IMG/VR virus record: IMGVR_UViG_3300035698_001735
Location: 32,001-96,000 of that record
DNA: 64,000 bases
From: a virus
Reading direction: 5' to 3' (one strand)
The position numbers and the translations under genes were made by a program. Under the pieces are notes generated by a model. The model was given only the letters and a program-made list of their open reading frames with translations, searched no databases and was not told where the DNA came from. Below are positions 59,957 through 64,000 of this stretch, piece after piece; positions within the stretch are counted from its first letter, which is position 1; each line of letters starts with the position of its first letter.

Positions 59957-60340
59957 GTAATAAAGACGTAGGCCATAATAAGGCTTCCTTCTTACTTTTA
60001 TTGGAAAATCTAGTTTTATAACTTTCCTATATAAAGTCTTTATTACTGTTGTATGAACGAAAGAGACGTTAGTTAGTTTGGGCCATAATAAAGCTTCCTT
60101 CTAACTCAACGCCAATGAAATCTAGTTTTTTAACTTTCTCGAACGTTAAGCTAGCGTCTCTTTTTATTAACACACGGGCCACCGGAATCGCTTCCTTCTA
60201 ACACACCTGGCTAACGCCTGGACTTCGCACAGCGATTCGACTTTCCCACTTAATATTAATACACGGGCCATAGGAATTGCTTCCTTCTACAAAACTCAGC
60301 CTTAAAAGCCGACTCACCCTAGCAATCCAACTTTCCTACT
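59957..60340 (+). repeat. Array of four structured RNA-like repeats
   Basis: Units at ~59957-60046, 60060-60163, 60176-60247, 60265-60337; invariant GGCCA, GCTTCCTTCT, ACTTTC; covarying stems. Confidence 0.8.
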
Positions 60341-60356
60341 TACTAAGGTATTACAC

Positions 60357-62441
60357 ATGAATAAGATAGAAATTTCGCTTCGCAAGTTAAGTGCAATAGC
60401 TTTGCACAAAGGCTTCGACGATAACGCAGTATTAGCAATGTCTCTAAACTCAAACCTTATGACTCTAGGTTATGTAATGTCCAATGGCTTATATAACGAA
60501 GTAGCTAGTTTAGATAAAAAAACAATTGCTCGACTAGCCGAGGATATCATTCCTGCACTAGAAAAGATAGTAGGTGCTGATGTAACTTATCAACCTATGT
60601 ACCCTAATTTCCCGCAGCAGGTTGCTGACGCAGACGAGCATGAATTAATGCTTAACGCAATGCTTCATTACTGGACGCATGGTCAATGGTCTCCTGCTTA
60701 TGCGGCACTACCGCGCGACTACAGCTTTGAGCCAACAAAGTTTCGCGTAATTGATACAACCACAGGTGATGCGTTTTACGCTATCCTAACTAAATTATTA
60801 TCATCAGCTGACTCGATATCAGATGACGACAAGCAAATTGTTAAATGGTTTTACGATAACGTAAAGTCTACTTTTTATAGCTTAGTACCTAGCGTAATTC
60901 CGCACAAAGAAAATATGTGTCTTGTTGCAGGTATGCGTCTTAACGCAGGTGGCGACATTGATGATTTTGTCAAGACTGGCACTGATGTTATGCGCGTGTA
61001 TGCTTATGTATCAGATGGAGATGTATCGTTATCTGAAAAGGTTAAGTTTAAATCACTTCCTAAGAAAATGCGACGCAAACTTACTAAGGTACTTGAAAAA
61101 GTATTAGATGACGAAGACTTAAAACGTCGTCCTAATGAATGGACAAGAATGGCGCACAGCTTGCACGTAGGCGACTTCTCAAAGAGTATATGGGAACGCA
61201 TTAATAAAGTGCGTGAAAATAGCAAGCGTAAAGAAATTGTTAGCTTTGCAAGTCAAGTAGAAGCTCATATTTTTGCGTGTAACTACACGGCTGCTCTTAC
61301 TTTACTTAAGACTCGCCCAGGTGAGTTTGCACGTAGAATATCAGAGCTTGTTGATAAAAGCCAACTTTACTATGTAATAGCTTCGGAGTTCGAACAAGTA
61401 GTTGATCAAGTTCCTACACGTATATTGTTGCAGCTCTTAGGGTACTTAAACGCCCGGGTGGATACTGCGCAAGACATGTACGTTATGCCTAAGGGTGCTA
61501 CGCAGAAAGCGATTGTTATTAAAAAAGTTAAAGATGCATGGTCCGCTGATGCTATTACTGCATTTCGTAGACCAATACAGCAATCATTAATTAATCGCTT
61601 TAGTGATATGCCGAGCTTAGGTAAGGTATATCTAGACCCTGCGTTAAAGGGTTGTCCGGTACCTACGCAGATGCGTTCCGCTAGTAGCTCATTAAAAATG
61701 CTAGCACGTGGCTCGCGGATACCGTTTGGCGACGATAACAGTACATTGCGATTCTTTATATACTGGGTTGGGATAGACATCGACTTATCGGCTACGTTCT
61801 ACGACGACCAGTTTAAAAAGACCAAGCATGTAAGTTATACGCGCTTGCGAGATGCTGCAACGAAAACTTATCACTCAGGTGACATTACATATGCCCCTGA
61901 CGGAGCTAGTGAGTTTATAGACATTGACATCGAAGCAGCGTTAGCTGATGGTAACCGTTATGTGATTATGAACGTACTAGTGTTTGACGGACCTAACTTT
62001 GACGAACACGAAGTTTGTAATGCAGGATGGATGACTCGAGATAAGCCAGGATCAAACGAGATATATGATCCTAAGACGGTTGAGCAAAAGTCAGCGCTAA
62101 CATCCGCGTCAAAGAATGCTATTCCTGCGATCTTTGACTTAAAGACACGCGAGGCAATTTGGGTTGATATCGCTACTAAAACTAGCGTTGGAAACAGATA
62201 CAATGCAAGCCGATTAGGCGGAAACAACGTTGAAGCTAACCGAGCAACTACAGAGCAAATGCTTAAGTTTTTTGCAACACGCAAGAACAAAGTAAGCTTG
62301 CACGAGCTGTTTAGTATGCATGCTTCGGGACGCGGTGAGATAGTGCATGATAGTAAAGATGCCGACTACGTGTTTAGCTTCAACGGCGACATTACACCGT
62401 TTGACGTTATGGACATTAACGCAGAGTTCGTAACAGGCTAA
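60357..62441 (+). CDS. Large helical protein with C-terminal TerD-like domain
   Basis: PMYPNFPQQV, RPGEFARR; C-terminal RFFIYW..DIDLSA..HSGDIT.AP.GASEFIDID resembles TerD metal-binding motifs. Confidence 0.7.
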   Translation: MNKIEISLRKLSAIALHKGFDDNAVLAMSLNSNLMTLGYVMSNGLYNEVASLDKKTIARLAEDIIPALEKIVGADVTYQPMYPNFPQQVADADEHELMLNAMLHYWTHGQWSPAYAALPRDYSFEPTKFRVIDTTTGDAFYAILTKLLSSADSISDDDKQIVKWFYDNVKSTFYSLVPSVIPHKENMCLVAGMRLNAGGDIDDFVKTGTDVMRVYAYVSDGDVSLSEKVKFKSLPKKMRRKLTKVLEKVLDDEDLKRRPNEWTRMAHSLHVGDFSKSIWERINKVRENSKRKEIVSFASQVEAHIFACNYTAALTLLKTRPGEFARRISELVDKSQLYYVIASEFEQVVDQVPTRILLQLLGYLNARVDTAQDMYVMPKGATQKAIVIKKVKDAWSADAITAFRRPIQQSLINRFSDMPSLGKVYLDPALKGCPVPTQMRSASSSLKMLARGSRIPFGDDNSTLRFFIYWVGIDIDLSATFYDDQFKKTKHVSYTRLRDAATKTYHSGDITYAPDGASEFIDIDIEAALADGNRYVIMNVLVFDGPNFDEHEVCNAGWMTRDKPGSNEIYDPKTVEQKSALTSASKNAIPAIFDLKTREAIWVDIATKTSVGNRYNASRLGGNNVEANRATTEQMLKFFATRKNKVSLHELFSMHASGRGEIVHDSKDADYVFSFNGDITPFDVMDINAEFVTG

Positions 62442-62497
62442 ACCACTCTAAGTGTATGGCTAAATAAGTCATACACTTAGAAACTATTAGTTTCTAA

Positions 62498-62567
62498 GCA
62501 CTACATAGATAATCACCTGGGCCTCTAAAACCTTTGGTGCAGAGTTCAATTCTCTGGTAGTGCACCA
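62498..62567 (+). tRNA. Aberrant tRNA with CTA (amber) anticodon
   Basis: GCACTAC/GTAGTGC acceptor, CAGAG-TTCAATT-CTCTG T arm, CTCTAAA loop, ACCA; reduced D arm and weak anticodon stem. Confidence 0.5.
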
Positions 62568-62573
62568 AATTAT

Positions 62574-62649
62574 GTGCGTGTGCCCGGAATGGTTACGGGG
62601 CAGCCTGCAAAGTTGTATTATGCGAGTTCGAATCTCGTCGCGCACTCCA
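62574..62649 (+). tRNA. tRNA-Cys(GCA)
   Basis: GCAGC-CTGCAAA-GTTGT, T discriminator, CCA. Confidence 0.88.
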
Positions 62650-62678
62650 ATTTTAATTCTAAGTAGAGAGTACAGACC

Positions 62679-63014
62679 ATGTCAGATCTAACAGATGCAG
62701 TGCTAATGGTAAACATTGGCCAAGGTGAAAAGTGTGTAGGCTTTGTTATCAAGAACGGACGTACTTCAGAGCTAGAAAATTATGATATATACGACACGAT
62801 AAAAGATAGAAAAGACATCGGCAGCGTTGATCACGCCGAGCAGTTATTGTGTGTAGCTAAAGCTGAAATAACGGCACTAGGATACACAACTGGTCCGATC
62901 ATAACTAAAACACACAAAGAATGGAGTGTAGAAGTGTTTGATGTAAACCCAGCAGATTACGATAGACAGCAAGCAGAAGGCATTGCTGATCAAGTTGAGT
63001 TTGACGAACAATAA
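62679..63014 (+). CDS. Hypothetical protein
   Basis: 111-aa ORF between tRNAs. Confidence 0.6.
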   Translation: MSDLTDAVLMVNIGQGEKCVGFVIKNGRTSELENYDIYDTIKDRKDIGSVDHAEQLLCVAKAEITALGYTTGPIITKTHKEWSVEVFDVNPADYDRQQAEGIADQVEFDEQ

Positions 63015-63020
63015 AATTTT

Positions 63021-63111
63021 GGAAGGTCCGGCCTAATGGTAGGCAACTAGTCTTGAAAACTAGCGGGGTTGTTAATAGCAGCCGGGGGTTCGATTCCTCG
63101 GTCTTCCTCCA
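63021..63111 (+). tRNA. tRNA-Ser(TGA)
   Basis: CTAGT-CTTGAAA-ACTAG, long variable arm, CCA. Confidence 0.88.
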
Positions 63112-63207
63112 AGATAAGTGTACTTGCCGTTACTGGCTCTACTGCAATAATAGAAATATAATTTCTTAGTAGCTGAAGTTAGCAGGGTGGTTAATAAGTA
63201 CATTTTA

Positions 63208-63365
63208 GAATGTTTAAGTAAGTGGGATAAACTTTAATTATTAAAGTTTAATCGAAAAGCATAGAGGCCCACTGAATGACACTACAATGGTTCTGTAAGA
63301 ACTTATGGTTGCTGGATATCCGTAAACGCTTCCTCAAGCCTGAGCAACCGTCAGCTTAAACATTC
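63208..63365 (+). ncRNA. Candidate ncRNA, copy 2 of CGAAAGCA..TAGAGGCCC family
   Basis: Terminal stem GAATGTTTAAGT/GCTTAAACATTC, internal AAACTTTAAT/ATTAAAGTTT hairpin. Confidence 0.5.
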
Positions 63366-63373
63366 ACTTTAAT

Positions 63374-63450
63374 GCGCCAGTAGCCCAACGGCAGAGGCAA
63401 GAGGTTTAAGCCCTCTAAAGGTGCGAGTTCGAATCTCGCCTGGCGTACCA
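63374..63450 (+). tRNA. tRNA-Leu(TAA) with short variable loop
   Basis: AGAGG-TTTAAGC-CCTCT, CCA. Confidence 0.85.
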
Positions 63451-63458
63451 TTTTTACA

Positions 63459-63854
63459 TTAAGTTTTACTTACAGACATGTAAGGCATTGTGGAAAGATT
63501 TATTTGTTCTGCTGCAAAAGCTCTATGTAACCCTTCCTGAGTAAACCCTCGAGTATAATCAATCACCGGTAGCGGAAACTTTTCACCAGCTTGCATAGCA
63601 GCAGCGTACTTATCAATAAGTGCTTGTTCGCGATTAGCAAGTAACTGTTCGCGAGTTGTGTTTCTTGCGTTAGCGCACTGCTCTATATATTTTGCAGGAG
63701 ATTGATTTTTTGATATTCTAAAACTAACACCTTTCTCATCGCGAAAATATTCTGGATTTCGCAGCATGTTGTCGTAGTACGGCATCTCGGTTGTTGAGAG
63801 AGAAAATGCCGAAGCAGCAGATGTAAAATTTTCAAATAAGGCACGTAGTTTCAT
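63459..63854 (-). CDS. Late protein with ParB/sulfiredoxin-like motif
   Basis: FPLPVI..QEGLHRAFAA; TATAAATA on minus strand at 63862-63869; only convincing minus-strand gene. Confidence 0.65.
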   Translation of the reverse strand: MKLRALFENFTSAASAFSLSTTEMPYYDNMLRNPEYFRDEKGVSFRISKNQSPAKYIEQCANARNTTREQLLANREQALIDKYAAAMQAGEKFPLPVIDYTRGFTQEGLHRAFAAEQINLSTMPYMSVSKT

Positions 63855-64000
63855 ATAACGTATTTATATAAAATCCATTACACACTACATAAAATAACCT
63901 TGACTTTAAGCATTAATTAGTGTATGCTGTATGCTGTATACATATTTAATTAAGAGGAGTCTTTTATGACCATGTCTTTATGCGGTCCGGGATTAACTAC

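Noticed and set aside
59957..60340. CRISPR array interpretation of the four repeats
   Set aside because: Repeats are not identical direct repeats with uniform spacers; conserved blocks flank variable loops inside a stem, and no cas operon is in the window
642..62290. Numerous minus-strand ORFs antisense to + strand genes
   Set aside because: Fully overlap better-supported genes and lack SD/promoters or motifs
1..64000. Genome-wide TAG or TGA recoding
   Set aside because: Long conserved genes are intact in the standard code and several end at TAG/TGA at expected positions (e.g. NAMPT TAG followed by a terminator)

Overview
Window from a large T4-like (myovirus/jumbo) bacteriophage genome, almost entirely + strand, standard genetic code, with two promoter classes (host sigma70 TTGACA-17-TATAAT and T4-type late [T/C/G]ATAAATA). 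0-8 kb: late/virion genes, a PD-(D/E)XK exonuclease whose 3' end was duplicated/replaced by a homing-endonuclease insertion, and a tail-fibre-like protein. 8-15 kb: class Ia ribonucleotide reductase with nrdA fractured into two genes carrying a naturally split intein around a free-standing HNH gene, nrdB, glutaredoxin, PAAR-like spike. 15-48 kb: accessory region of small ORFs plus host-takeover/auxiliary genes (MotA/TolQ-like triad, SleB-like hydrolase, bS21, ClpS, heme oxygenase + bilin reductase, Pnk kinase/HAD phosphatase/Rnl1 RNA repair, NadM-Nudix and NAMPT). 48-64 kb: about 30 canonical tRNAs covering all 20 amino acids, several aberrant tRNA-like RNAs, two GIY-YIG endonucleases at tRNA 3' ends, UvsE, CCA-adding enzyme, ClpP and a 694-aa TerD-like protein. 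Most notable unexplained structure: (1) four covarying structured RNA units (GGCCA..GCTTCCTTCT-variable loop-..ACTTTC) directly upstream of the 694-aa protein; (2) a leader-peptide attenuator in front of the tRNA array; (3) a covarying GATAGAC hairpin at +1 of both NAD-salvage transcripts; (4) a T4-like capsid-targeting N-terminal motif shared by late proteins including the CCA-adding enzyme. All calls are by eye; no database searches or folding programs were run.
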